Translations under genes and position numbers: made by a program
Notes under the pieces: generated by a model
Told to the model about the DNA's origin: nothing
Databases searched by the model: none
The model's input: only the letters and a program-made list of their open reading frames with translations
Part shown: in pieces, positions 24,608 to 38,000 of the stretch
How positions within the stretch are numbered: position 1 is the first letter of the stretch
Layout: every line of letters starts with the position of its first letter
Source: Utricularia gibba
Lineage: Eukaryota; Plantae; Magnoliophyta
Direction of reading: 5' to 3'
Length of the DNA stretch: 42,104 nt
NCBI GenBank assembly: GCA_002189035.1
Contig: NEEC01000180.1
Location: 1-42,104, forward strand

Positions 24608-25846
24608 GAAGAGGCGGTCTTGGGTGCACCTAGAACGGGACAAAGGTCAGGTTGGGCTTTGCCAGAGAGTTAGTTGTAGCCCGGCAAAGAAAGTGATGTA
24701 TTTATTAAGTTCGGTTTTCGGGGTTGCTACATGGTTTTTCAAGGAAAGCTTCTCGTTTTGTGGCGGCCGCTCTCGCAGGGAACTTGGTCCGGGCCCCCGA
24801 TGCTATATGGCTCATGAGGTCAACCAGATGCAAATCGATGAAGACAAGCATGCTTTTTTTAATTACGATATCACGTGCAGCCCACATGATTTTTTCAACA
24901 ACTTACTTTATACTTGAGGAGGCGGTCTTGGGGTGCACTGGAACGGGATAAAGGTCAGCTTAGGCTTGGGCCGAAAGTAAGTTGTAGCCCGGCAAAGAAA
25001 GTGATGTATTTATCAAGGTTCGGTTTTCGGGGTTGCCAACATGGTTTTTCAAGGAACAGCTTCTCGTTTTGTGGCGGCCAGTATCGCAAGGAACTTGGTC
25101 CGGGCCCTGATTCTTTATGGCTCATGAGGACAAAAGTATGCAAATCGATGAAAAAAATGATGCATTTGTTTTAAATTACGATATCACGTGCACCCTACAT
25201 GATTTTTTCAACAACTTACTTTATACTTGAGGAGGTGGTCTTGGGGGGCAAGAGGAACCGGACAAAGGTCAGCTTAGGCTTGGCCGAAAGTAAGTTGTAG
25301 CCCGGCAAAGAAAGTGATGTATTTATTAACATTCGTTTTCGGGGTGCCTACATGGTTTTTCAAGGAACATATTCTCGTTTTTTGGCGGCTAGTCTCATTG
25401 GGAACTGGTCCGACCCCCGATTCTGTATGGCTCATGGGTCAACCGGATGCAAATCGATGAATACAATGATGCATTTGTTTAAATTACGATATCACGTGCA
25501 CCCCACATCATTTTTTCAACAACTTACTTTATACTTGAGAGGTGGTCTTGGGGGCAAAGGAACCGGACAAAGGTCAGCTTAGGCTTGGGCCGAAAGTAAG
25601 TTGTAGCCCGGCAAAGAAAGTGAAGTATTTATTAACGTTCGGTTTTCGGGTTGCCTACATGGTTTTTCAAGGAACAACTTCTCCTTTTGTGGCGGCCAGT
25701 CTCGCTAGGAACTTGGTCCGGGCCCCTGATTCTTTATGGCTCATGAGGACAAAAGGATGCAAATCGATGAATACAATGATGCATTTGTTTAAATTACGAT
25801 ATCACGTGCACCCCACATCATTTTTTCAACAACTTACTTTATACTT

Positions 25847-28662
25847 GAAGAGGCGGTCTTGGGGTGCACCTAGAACGGGACAAAGGTCAGGTTGGGCTTT
25901 GCCAGAGAGTTAGTTGTAGCCCGGCAAAGAAAGTGATGTATTTATTAACGTTCGGTTTTCGGGTTGCCTACATGGTTTTTCAAGAAAGCTTCTCGTTTTG
26001 TGGCGGCCGCTCTCGCAGGGAACTTGGTCCGGCCCCGATTCTTATGGCTCATGAGGTCAACCAGATGCAAATCGATGAACAATGATGCATTTTTTTTAAA
26101 TTACGATATCACGTGCACCCCACATCATTTTTTCAACAACTTACTTTATACTTGAGGAGGCGGTCTTGGGTGCACCTGGAACGGGACAAAGGTCAGGTTG
26201 GGCTTTGCCAGAAGTTAGTTGTAGCCCGCAAAGAAAGTGATGTATTTATTAACGTTCGGTTTTCGGGGTTGCCTACATGGTTTTTCAAGAAAAGCTTCTC
26301 GTTTTGTGGCGGCCGCTCTCGCAGGGAACTTGGTCCGGGCCCCCGATGCTATATATGGCTCATGAGGTCAACCAGATGCAAATCGATGAAGACAAGCATG
26401 CTTTTTTTTTTAATTACGATATCACGTGCAGCCCACATGATTTTTTCAACAACTTACTTTATACTTGAGGAGGCGGTCTTGGGGTGCACCTGAAACGGGA
26501 TAAAGGTCAGGTTGGGCTTTGCCAGAGAGTTAGTTGTAGCCCGGCAAAGAAAGTGATGTATTTATTAACGTTCGGTTTTCGGGGTTGCCTACATGGTTTT
26601 TCAACGAAAGCTTCTCGTTTTGTGGCGGCCGCTCTCGCAGGGAACTTGGTCCGGGCCCCCGATGCTATATGGCTCATGAGGTCAACCAGATGCAAATCGA
26701 TGAAGACAAGCATGCTTTTTTTTTAATTACGATATCACGTGCAGCCCACATGATTTTTTCAACAACTTACTTTATACTTGAGGAGGCGGTCTTGGGATGC
26801 ACCTGGAACGGGATAAAGGTCAGGTTGGGCTTTGCCAGAGAGTTAGTTGTAGCCCAGCAAAGAAAGTGTTGTATTTATTAACGTTCGGTTTTCGGGGTTG
26901 CCTACATGGTTTTTCAACGAAAAGCTTCTCGTTTTGTGGCGGCCGCTCTCGCAGGGAACTTGGTCCGGGCCCCCGATGCTATATGGCTCATGAGGTCAAC
27001 CAGATGCAAATCGATGAAGACAAGCATGCTTTTTTTTTAATTACGATATCACGTGCAGCCCACATGATTTTTTCAACAACTTACTTTATACTTGAGGAGG
27101 CGGTCTTGGGGTGCACCTGAAACGGGATAAAGGTCAGGTTGGGCTTTGCCAGAGAGTTAGTTGTAGCCCGGCAAAGAAAGTGTTGTATTTATCAAGGTTC
27201 GGTTTTCGGGGTTGCCAACATGGTTTTTCAAGGAACAGCTTCTCGTTTTGTGGCGGCCGCTCTCGCAGGGAACTTGGTCCGGGCCCCCGATGCTATATGG
27301 CTCATGAGGTCAACCAGATGCAAATCGATGAAGACAAGCATGCTTTTTTTTTAATTACGATATCACGTGCAGCCCACATGATTTTTTCAACAACTTACTT
27401 TATACTTGAGGAGGCGGTCTTGGGGTGCACCTGGAACGGGATAAAGGTCAGCTTAGGCATGGGCCGAAAGTAAGTTGTAGCCCGGCAAAGAAAGTGATGT
27501 ATTTATCAAGTTCGGTTTTCGGGGTTGCCAACATGGTTTTTCAAGGAACAGCTTCTCGTTTTGTGGCGGCCAGTATTGCAAGAAACTTGGTCCGGGCGCC
27601 TGATTCTTTATGGCTCATGAGGACAAAAGTATGCAAATCGATGAAAAAAATGATGCATTTGTTTAAATTACGATATCACGTGCACCCTACATGATTTTTT
27701 CAAACACTTACTTTATACTTGAGGAGGTGGTCTTGGGGGCAAGAGGAACCGGACAAAGGTCAGCTTAGGCTTGGGCCGAAAGTAAGTTGTAGCCCGTCAA
27801 AGAAAGTGATGTATTTATTAACATTCAGTTTTCGGGGGCTGCCTACATGGTTTTTCAAGGAACATATTCTCGTTTTTTGGCGGCTAGTCTCATTGGGAAC
27901 CTGGTCCTAACCCCGATTCTGTATGGCTCATGGGGTCAACCGGATGCAAATCGATGAATACAATGATGCATTTGTTTAAATTGCGATATCACGTGCACCC
28001 TACATTATTTTTTCAACAACGTACTTTATACTTGAGGAGGTGGTCTTGGGGGGGGAGAGGAACCGGACAAAGGTTAGCATAGGCTTTGGTCGAAAGTTAG
28101 TTGTAGCCCGGCAAAGAAAAGTGATGTATGTATTTACGTTCGGTTTTCGGGGATGCTTACATGGTTTTTCAAGGAACAACTTCTCCTTTAGTGGCGGCCA
28201 GTCTCGCTAGGAACTTGGTCCGGGCCCCTGATTCTTTATGGCTCATGAGGACAAAAGCATGCAAATCGATGAATACAATGATGCATTTGTTTAAATTACG
28301 ATATCACGTGCACCCCACATCATTTTTTCAACAACTTACTTTATACTTGATGAGGTGGTCTTGGGAGGCAAGAGGAACCGGACAAAGGTCAGCTTAGGCT
28401 TGGGCCGAAAGTAAGTTATAGCCCGGCAAATAAAGTGAAGTATTTATTAACGTTCGGTTTTCGAGGTTGCCTACATGGTTTTTCAAGGAACAACTTCTCC
28501 TTTAGTGGCGGCCAGTCTCGCTAGGAACTTGGTCCGGGCCCCTGATTCTTTATGGCTCAAGAGGACAAAAGGATGCAAATCGATGAATACAATGATGCAT
28601 TTGTTTAAATTACGATATCACGTGCACCCCACATCATTTTTTCAACAACTTACTTTATACTT
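25847..28662 (+). repeat. 9-mer HOR copy (P1-P-P-P-Q-F-G-H-I), 2816 bp
   Basis: Landmarks at 25847 and 28663. Shares private alleles with the 7-mer at 22427: gggatgcacc, cctacattattt and aaagcatgcaaat in H. Confidence 0.7.
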
Positions 28663-31600
28663 GAAGAGGCGGTCTTGGGGTGCACCTAGAACGGGACAAA
28701 GGTCAGGTTGGGCTTTGCCAGAGAGTTAGTTGTAGCCCGGCAAAGAAAGTGATGTATTTATTAACGTTCGGTTTTCGGGGTTGCTACATGGTTTTTCAAG
28801 GAAAGCTTCTCGTTTTGTGGCGGCCGCTCTCACAGGGAACTTGGTCCGGGCCCCGATGCTATATGGCTCATGAGGTCAACCAGATGCAAATCGATGAAGA
28901 CAAGCATGCTTTTTTTTTAATTACGATATCACGTGCAGCCCACATGATTTTTCAACAACTTACTTTATACTTGAGGAGGCGGTCTTGGGGTGCACCTGGA
29001 ACGGCATAAAGGTCAGCTTAGGCTTGGGCCGAAAGTAAGTTGTAGCCCGCAAAGAAAGTGATGTATTTATCAAGGTTCGGTTTTCGGGGTTGCCAACATG
29101 GTTTTTCAAGGAACAGCTTCTCGTTTTGTGGCGGCCAGTATCGCAAGGAACTTGGTCCGGGCGCCTGATTCTTTATGGCTCATGAGGACAAAAGTATGCA
29201 AATCGATGAAAAAAATGATGCATTTGTTTAAATTACGATATCACGTGCACCCTACATGATTTTTTCAACAACTTACTTTATACTTGAGGAGGTGCTCTTG
29301 GGGGGCAAGAGGAACCGGACAAAGGTCAGCTTAGGCTTGGCCGAAAGTAAGTTGTAGCCCGGCAAAGAAAGTGATGTATTTATTAACATTCAGTTTTCGG
29401 GGGCTGCCTACATGGTTTTTCAAGGAACATATTCTCGTTTTTTGGCGGCTAGTCTCATTGGGAACTGGTCCTAGACCCGATTCTGTATGGCTCATGGGGT
29501 CAACCGGATGCAAATCGATGAATACAATGATGCATTTGTTTAAATTACGATATCACGTGCACCCCACATATTTTTTCAACAACTTACTTCATACTTGATG
29601 AGGTGGTCTTGGGGGCAAGAGGAACCGGACAAGGTCAGCTTAGGCTTGGGCCGAAAGTAAGTTATAGCCCGGCAAATAAAGTGAAGTATTTATTAACGTT
29701 CGGTTTTCGAGGTTGCCTACATGGTTTTTCAAGGAACAACTTCTCCTTTAGTGGCGGCCAGTCTCGCTAGGAACTTGGTCCGGGCCCCTGATTCTTTATG
29801 GCTCAAGAGGACAAAAGGATGCAAATCGATGAATACAATGATGCATTTGTTTAAATTACGATATCACGTGCACCCCACATCATTTTTTCAACAACTTACT
29901 TTATACTTGAAGAGGGGGCACCTAGAACGGGACAAAGGTCAGGTTGGGCTTTGCCAGAGAGTTAGTTGTAGCCCGGCAAAGAAAGTGATGTATTTATTAA
30001 CGTTCGGTTTTCGGGGTTGCCTACATGGTTTTTCAACGAAATGCTTCTCGTTTTGTGGCGGCCGCTCTCGCAGGGAACTTGGTCCGGGCCCCCGATGCTA
30101 TATGGCTCATGAGGTCAACCAGATGCAAATCGATGAAGACAAGCATGCTTTTTTTTTTAATTACGATATCACGTGCAGCCCACATGATTTTTTCAACAAC
30201 TTACTTTATACTTGAGGAGGCGGTCTTGGGAGCACCTGGAACGGGATAAAGGTCAGGTTGGCTTTGCCAGAGAGTTAGTTGTAGCCCGCAAAGAAAGTGT
30301 TGTATTTATTAACGTTCGGTTTTCGGGTTGCCTACATGGTTTTTCAACGAAAAGCTTCTCGTTTTGTGGCGGCCGCTCTCGCAGGGAACTTGGTCCGGGC
30401 CCCCGATGCTATATGGGCTCATGAGGTCAACCAGATGCAAATCGATGAAGACAAGCATGCTTTTTTTAATTACGATATCACGTGCAGCCCACATGATTTT
30501 TTCAACAACTTACTTTATACTTGAGGAGGCGGTCTTGGGGTGCACCTGAAACGGGATAAAGGTCAGGTTGGCTTTGCCAGAGAGTTAGTTGTAGCCCGGC
30601 AAAGAAAGTGATGTATTTATTAAGGTTCGGTTTTCGGGGTTGCCAACATGGTTTTTCAAGGAAAGCTTCTCGTTTTGTGGCGGCCGCTCTCGCAGGGAAC
30701 TTGGTCCGGGCCCCCGATGCTATATGGCTCATGAGGTCAACCAGATGCAAATCGATGAAGACAAGCATGCTTTTTTTTAATTACGATATCACGTGCAGCC
30801 CACATGATTTTTTCAACAACTTACTTTATACTTGAGGAGGCGGTCTTGGGGTGCACCTGGAACGGGATAAAAGGTCAGCTTAGGCTGGGCCGAAAGTAAG
30901 TTGTAGCCCGGCAAAAAGTGATGTATTTATTAAGGTTCGGTTTTCGGGGTTGCCAACATGGTTTTTCAAGAACAGCTTCTCGTTTTGTGGCGGCCAGTCT
31001 CGCAAGAAACTTGGTCCGGGCGCCTGATTCTTTATGGCTCATGAGGACAAAAGTATGCAAATCGATGAAAAAAATGATGCATTTGTTTAAATTACGATAT
31101 CACGTGCACCCTACATGATTTTTTCAACAACTTACTTTATACTTGAGGAGGTGGTCTTGGGGGCAAGAGGAACCGGACAAAGGTCAGCTTAGGCTTGGGC
31201 CGAAAGTAAGTTGTAGCCCGCAAAGAAAGTGATGTATTTATTAACATTCAGTTTTCGGGGGCTGCCTACATGGTTTTTCAAGGAACATATTCTCGTTTTT
31301 TGGCGGCTAGTCTCATTGGGAACTGGTCCTAGACCCCGATTCTGTATGGCTCATGGGGTCAACCGGATGCAAATCGATGAATACAATGATGCATTTGTTT
31401 AAATTGCGATATCACGTGCACCCTACATATTTTTCAACAACGTACTTTATACTTGAGGAGGTGGTCTTGGGGGGGAGAGGAACGGACAAAGGTTAGCATA
31501 GGCTTTGGTCGAAAGTTAGTTGTAGCCCGGCAAAGAAAAGTGATGTATGTATTTAACGTTCGGTTTTCGGGGTGCTTACATGGTTTTTCAAGGAACAACT

Positions 31601-32076
31601 TCTCCTTTAGTGGCGGCCAGTCTCGCTAGGAACTTGGTCCGGGCCCCTGATTCTTATGGCTCATGAGGACAAAAGATGCAAATCGATGAATACAATGATG
31701 CATTTGTTTAAATTACGATATCACGTGCACCCCACATCATTTTTTCAACAACTTACTTTATACTTGAGAGGTGGTCTTGGGGGCAAGAGGAACCGGACAA
31801 AGGTCAGCTTAGGCTTGGGCCGAAAGTAAGTTGTAGCCCGGCAAATAAAGTGATGTATTTATTAACGTTCGGTTTTCGGGTTTGCCTACATGGTTTTTCA
31901 AGGAACAACTTCTCCTTTAGTGGCGGCCAGTCTCGCTAGGAACTTGGTCCGGGCCCCTGATTCTTTATGGCTCAAGAGGACAAAAGGATGCAAATCGATG
32001 AATACAATGATGCATTTGTTTAAATTACGATATCACGTGCACCCACATCATTTTTTCAACAACTTACTTTATACTT
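28663..32076 (+). repeat. 11-mer super-HOR copy: [P1-F-G-I] + [P1-P-Q-F-G-H-I], 3414 bp
   Basis: Same two-block composition as 21189-24607 (3419 bp); the 4-mer G carries gtgctc at both 21818 and 29292. Confidence 0.65.
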
Positions 32077-35000
32077 GAAGAGGCGGTCTTGGGGTGCACC
32101 TAGAACGGGACAAAGGTCAGGTTGGGCTTTGCCAGAGAGTTAGTTGTAGCCCGGCAAAGAAAGTGATGTATTTATTAACGTTCGGTTTTCGGGGTTGCCT
32201 ACATGGTTTTTCAAGGAAAGCTTCTCGTTTTGTGGCGGCCGCTCTCACAGGAACTTGGTCCGGGCCCCCGATGCTATATGGCTCATGAGGTCAACCAGAT
32301 GCAAATCGATGAAGACAAGCATGCTTTTTTTTTAATTACGATATCACGTGCAGCCCACATGATTTTTTCAACAACTTACTTTATACTTGAGGAGGCGGTC
32401 TTGGGGTGCACCTGGAACGGATAAAGGTCAGCTTAGGCTTGGGCCGAAAGTAAGTTGTAGCCCGGCAAAGAAAGTGATGTATTTATCAAGGTTCGGTTTT
32501 CGGGGTTGCCAACATGGTTTTTCAAGGAACAGCTTCTCGTTTTGTGGCGGCCAGTATCGCAAGGAACTTGGTCCGGGCCCTGATTCTTTATGGCTCATGA
32601 GGACAAAAGATGCAAATCGATGAAAAAAATGATGCATTTGTTTAAATTACGATATCACGTGCACCCTACATGATTTTTTCAACAACTTACTTTATACTTG
32701 AGGAGGTGGTCTTGGGGGGCAAGAGGAACCGGACAAAGGTCAGCTTAGGCTTGGCCGAAAGTAAGTTGTAGCCCGGCAAAGAAAGTGATGTATTTATTAA
32801 CATTCAGTTTTCGGGGGCTGCCTACATGGTTTTTCAAGGAACATATTCTCGTTTTTTGGCGGCTAGTCTCATTGGGAACTTGGTCCTAGACCCCGATTCT
32901 GTATGGCTCATGGGTCAACCGGATGCAAATCGATGAATACAATGATGCATTTGTTTAAATTACGATATCACGTGCACCCTACATCATTTTTTCAACAACT
33001 ACTTTATACTTGAGGAGGTGGTCTTGGGGGGGAGAGGAACCGGACAAAGGTTAGCATAGGCTTTGGCGAAAGTAAGTTGTAGCCCGGCAAAGAAAAGTGA
33101 TGTATTATTTACGTTCGGTTTTCGGGGATGCCTACATGGTTTTTCAAGGAACAACTTCTCCTTTAGTGGCGGCCAGTCTCGCTAGGAACTTGGTCCGGGC
33201 CCCTGATTCTTTATGGCTCATGAGGACAAAAGGATGCAAATCGATGAATACAATGATGCATTTGTTTAAATTACGATATCACGTGCACCCCACATTTTTT
33301 TCAACAACTTACTTTATACTTGAAGAGGCGGTCTTGGGGTGCACCTAGAACGGGACAAAGGTCAGGTTGGGCTTTGAGTTAGTTGTAGCCCGGCAAAGAA
33401 AGTGATGTATTTATTAACGTTCGGTTTTCGGGGTTGCCTACATGGTTTTTCAACGAAAAGCTTCTCGTTTTGTGGCGGCCGCTCTCGCAGGGAACTTGGT
33501 CCGGGCCCCGATGCTATATGGCTCATGAGGTCAACCAGATGCAAATCGATGAAGACAAGCATGCTTTTTTTTTAATTACGATATCACGTGCACCCACATG
33601 ATTTTTTCAACAACTTACTTTATACTTGAGGAGGCGGTCTTGGGGTGCACCTGGAACGGGATAAAGGTCAGCTTAGGCTTGGCCGAAAGTAAGTTGTAGC
33701 CCGGCAAAGAAAGTGATGTATTTATTAACGTTCGGTTTTCGGGGTTGCCACATGGTTTTTCAAGGAACAGCTTCTCGTTTTGTGGCGGCCGCTCTCGCAG
33801 GGAACTTGGTCCGGGCCCCGATGCTATATGGCTCATGAGGTCAACCAGATGCAAATCGATGAAGACAAGCATGCTTTTTTTTTAATTACGATATCACGTG
33901 CACCCACATGATTTTTTCAACAACTTACTTTATACTTGAGGAGGCGGTCTTGGGGTGCACCTGGAACGGGATAAAGGTCAGCTTAGGCTTGGCCGAAAGT
34001 AAGTTGTAGCCCGGCAAAGAAAGTGATGTATTTATTAAGGTTCGGTTTTCGGGGTTGCCAACATGGTTTTTCAAGGAACAGCTTCTCGTTTTGTGGCGGC
34101 CAGTCTCGCAAGGAACTTGGTCCGGGCCCCGATTCTTTATGGCTCATGAGGACAAAGATGCAAATCGATGAAAAAATGATGCATTTGTTTAAATTACGAT
34201 ATCACGTGCACCCTACATGATTTTTTCAACAACTTACTTTATACTTGAGGAGGTGGTCTTGGGGGGCAAGAGGAACGGACAAAGGTCAGCTTAGGCTTGG
34301 GCCGAAAGTAAGTTGTAGCCCGGCAAAGAAAGTGATGTATTTATTAACATTCGTTTTCGGGGTGCCTACATGGTTTTTCAAGGAACATTTCTCGTTTTTT
34401 GGCGGCAGTCTCAGGGAACTTGGTCCGACCCCGATTCTTATGGCTCATGGGGTCAACCGGATGCAAATCGATGAATACAATGATGCATTTGTTTAAATTA
34501 CGATATCACGTGCACCCTACATCATTTTTTCAACAACTACTTTATACTTGAGGAGGTGGTCTTGGGGGAGAGGAACCGGACAAAGGTCAGCTAGGCTTTG
34601 GCGAAAGTAAGTTGTAGCCCGGCAAAGAAAGTGATGTATTATTACGTTCGGTTTTCGGGGTGCTTACATGGTTTTTCAAGGAACAACTTCTCCTTTAGTG
34701 GCGGCCAGTCTCGCTAGGAACTTGGTCCGGGCCCCTGATTCTTTATGGCTCATGAGGACAAAAGATGCAAATCGATGAAAAAAATGATGCATTTGTTTAA
34801 ATTACGATATCACGTGCACCCTACATGATTTTTTCAACAACTTACTTTATACTTGAGGAGGTGGTCTTGGGGGCAAGAGGAACCGGACAAAGGTCAGCTT
34901 AGGCTTGGGCCGAAAGTAAGTTGTAGCCCGGCAAAGAAAGTGATGTATTTATTAACGTTCGTTTTCGGGGTGCCTACATGGTTTTTCAAGGAACATTTCT

Positions 35001-38000
35001 CGTTTTTGGCGGCTAGTCTCATTGGGAACCTGGTCCTAGACCCCGATTCTGTATGGCTCATGGGGTCAACCGGATGCAAATCGATGAATACAATGATGCA
35101 TTTGTTTAAATTACGATATCACGTGCACCCTACATCATTTTTTCAACAACGTACTTTATACTTGAGGAGGTGGTCTTGGGGGGAGAGGAACCGGACAAAG
35201 GTTAGCATAGGCTTTGGTCGAAAGTAAGTTGTAGCCCGGCAAAGAAAGTGATGTATTATTACGTTCGGTTTTCGGGGTGCCTACATGGTTTTTCAAGGAA
35301 CAACTTCTCCTTTAGTGGCGGCCAGTCTCGCTAGGAACTTGGTCCGGGCCCCTGATTCTTTATGGCTCATGAGGACAAAAGGATGCAAATCGATGAATAC
35401 AATGATGCATTTGTTTAAATTACGATATCACGTGCACCCCACATCATTTTTTCAACAACTTACTTTATACTTGAGAGGCGGTCTTGGGGTGCACCTAGAA
35501 CGGGACAAAGGTCAGGTTGGGCTTTGAGTTAGTTGTAGCCCGGCAAAGAAAGTGATGTATTTATTAACGTTCGGTTTTCGGGTTGCCTACATGGTTTTTC
35601 AAGAAAAGCTTCTCGTTTTGTGGCGGCCGCTCTCGCAGGGAACTTGGTCCGGGCCCCCGATGCTATATGGCTCATGAGGTCAACCAGATGCAAATCGATG
35701 AAGACAATGCTTTTTTTTTAATTACGATATCACGTGCAGCCCACATGATTTTTTCAACAACTTACTTTATACTTGAGGAGGCGGTCTTGGGGTGCACCTG
35801 GAACGGGATAAAGGTCAGGTTGGGCTTTGCCAGAGAGTTAGTTGTAGCCCGGCAAAGAAAGTGTTGTATTTATTAACGTTCGGTTTTCGGGGTTGCCTAC
35901 ATGGTTTTTCAAGAAAGCTTCTCGTTTTGTGGCGGCCGCTCTCGCAGGGAACTTGGTCCGGGCCCCGATGCTATATGGCTCATGAGGTCAACCAGATGCA
36001 AATCGATGAAGACAAGCATGCTTTTTTTTTAATTACGATATCACGTGCAGCCCATGATTTTTTCAACAACTTACTTTATACTTGAGGAGGCGGTCTTGGG
36101 GTGCACCTGGAACGGGATAAAGGTCAGCTTAGGCTTGGGCCGAAAGTAAGTTGTAGCCCGGCAAAGAAAGTGATGTATTTATAAGGTTCGGTTTTCGGGG
36201 TTGCCAACATGGTTTTTCAAGGAACAGCTTCTCGTTTTGTGGCGGCCGTCTCGCAGGGAACTTGGTCCGGGCCCCGATTCTATATGGCTCATGAGGTCAA
36301 CCAGATGCAAATCGATGAAGACAAGCATGCTTTTTTTTAATTACGATATCACGTGCACCCACATGATTTTTTCAACAACTTACTTTATACTTGAGGAGGC
36401 GGTCTTGGGGTGCACCTGGAACGGGACAAAAGGTCAGCTTAGGCTTGGGCCGAAAGTAAGTTGTAGCCCGGCAAAGAAAGTGATGTATTTATTAACGTTC
36501 GGTTTTCGGGGTTGCCTACATGGTTTTTCAAGGAACAGCTTCTCGTTTTGTGGCGGCCAGTCTCGCAGAAACTTGGTCCGGGCCCGATTCTTTATGGCTC
36601 ATGAGGACAAAAGATGCAAATCGATGAAAAATGATGCATTTGTTTAAATTACGATATCACGTGCACCCTACATGATTTTTTCAACAACTTACTTTATACT
36701 TGAGGAGGTGGTCTTGGGGGGCAAGAGGAACCGGACAAAGGTCAGCTTAGGCTTGGGCCGAAAGTAAGTTGTAGCCCGGCAAAGAAAGTGATGTATTTAT
36801 TAACGTTCGTTTTCGGGGCCTACATGGTTTTTCAAGGAACAATTCTCGTTTTTTGGCGGCCAGTCTCAGGGAACTTGGTCCGCCCCGATTCTTTATGGCT
36901 CATGAGGACAAAGGATGCAAATCGATGAATACAATGATGCATTTGTTTAAATTACGATATCACGTGCACCCCACATCATTTTTTCAACAACTTACTTTAT
37001 ACTTGAAGAGGCGGTCTTGGGGTGCAAGAACGGGACAAAGGTCAGGTTGGGCTTTGAGTTAGTTGTAGCCCGGCAAAGAAAGTGATGTATTTATTAACGT
37101 TCGGTTTTCGGGGTTGCCTACATGGTTTTTCAACGAAAAGCTTCTCGTTTGTGGCGGCCGCTCTCGCAGGGAACTTGGTCCGGGCCCCCGATGCTATATG
37201 GCTCATGAGGTCAACCAGATGCAAATCGATGAAACAAGCATGCTTTTTTTTTAATTACGATATCACGTGCACCCACATGATTTTTTCAACAACTTACTTT
37301 ATACTTGAGGAGGCGGTCTTGGGGTGCACCTGGAACGGGATAAAGGTCAGGTTGGGCTTTGCCAGAAGTTAGTTGTAGCCCGGCAAAGAAAGTGATGTAT
37401 TTATTAACGTTCGGTTTTCGGGGTTGCCTACATGGTTTTTCAAGAAAAGCTTCTCGTTTTGTGGCGGCCGCTCTCGCAGGAACTTGGTCCGGGCCCCCGA
37501 TGCTATATGGCTCATGAGGTCAAAGATGCAAATCGATGAAGACAAGCATGCTTTTTTTTTAATTACGATATCACGTGCAGCCTACATGATTTTTTCAACA
37601 ACTTACTTTATACTTGAGGAGGCGGTCTTGGGGTGCACCTGGAACGGGACAAAGGTCAGCTTAGGCTTGGCCGAAAGTAAGTTGTAGCCCGGCAAAGAAA
37701 GTGATGTATTTATCAAGGTTCGGTTTTCGGGGTTGCCACATGGTTTTTCAAGGAACAGCTTCTCGTTTTGTGGCGGCCGCTCTCGCAGGGAACTTGGTCC
37801 GGGCCCCGATGCTATATGGCTCATGAGGTCAACCAGATGCAAATCGATGAAGACAAGCATGCTTTTTTTTTAATTACGATATCACGTGCAGCCCACATGA
37901 TTTTTTCAACAACTTACTTTATACTTGAGGAGGCGGTCTTGGGGTGCACCTGGAACGGGATAAAGGTCAGCTTAGGCTGGGCCGAAAGTAAGTTGTAGCC

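Noticed and set aside
27110-27128. CENP-B box-like motif in P fronts (gtgcacctgaaacggga, more often gtgcacctggaacggga)
   Set aside because: Matches the 3-prime CGGG half but lacks the required TTCG (only 6-7 of 9 core positions). The ttcggttttcggg motif elsewhere has the wrong spacing.
29909-29925. ~10-bp deletion in one P1 front (gaagagggggcacctag), and loss of atcac at ~41610
   Set aside because: Singletons in or near low-confidence consensus regions; cannot be distinguished from assembly error.
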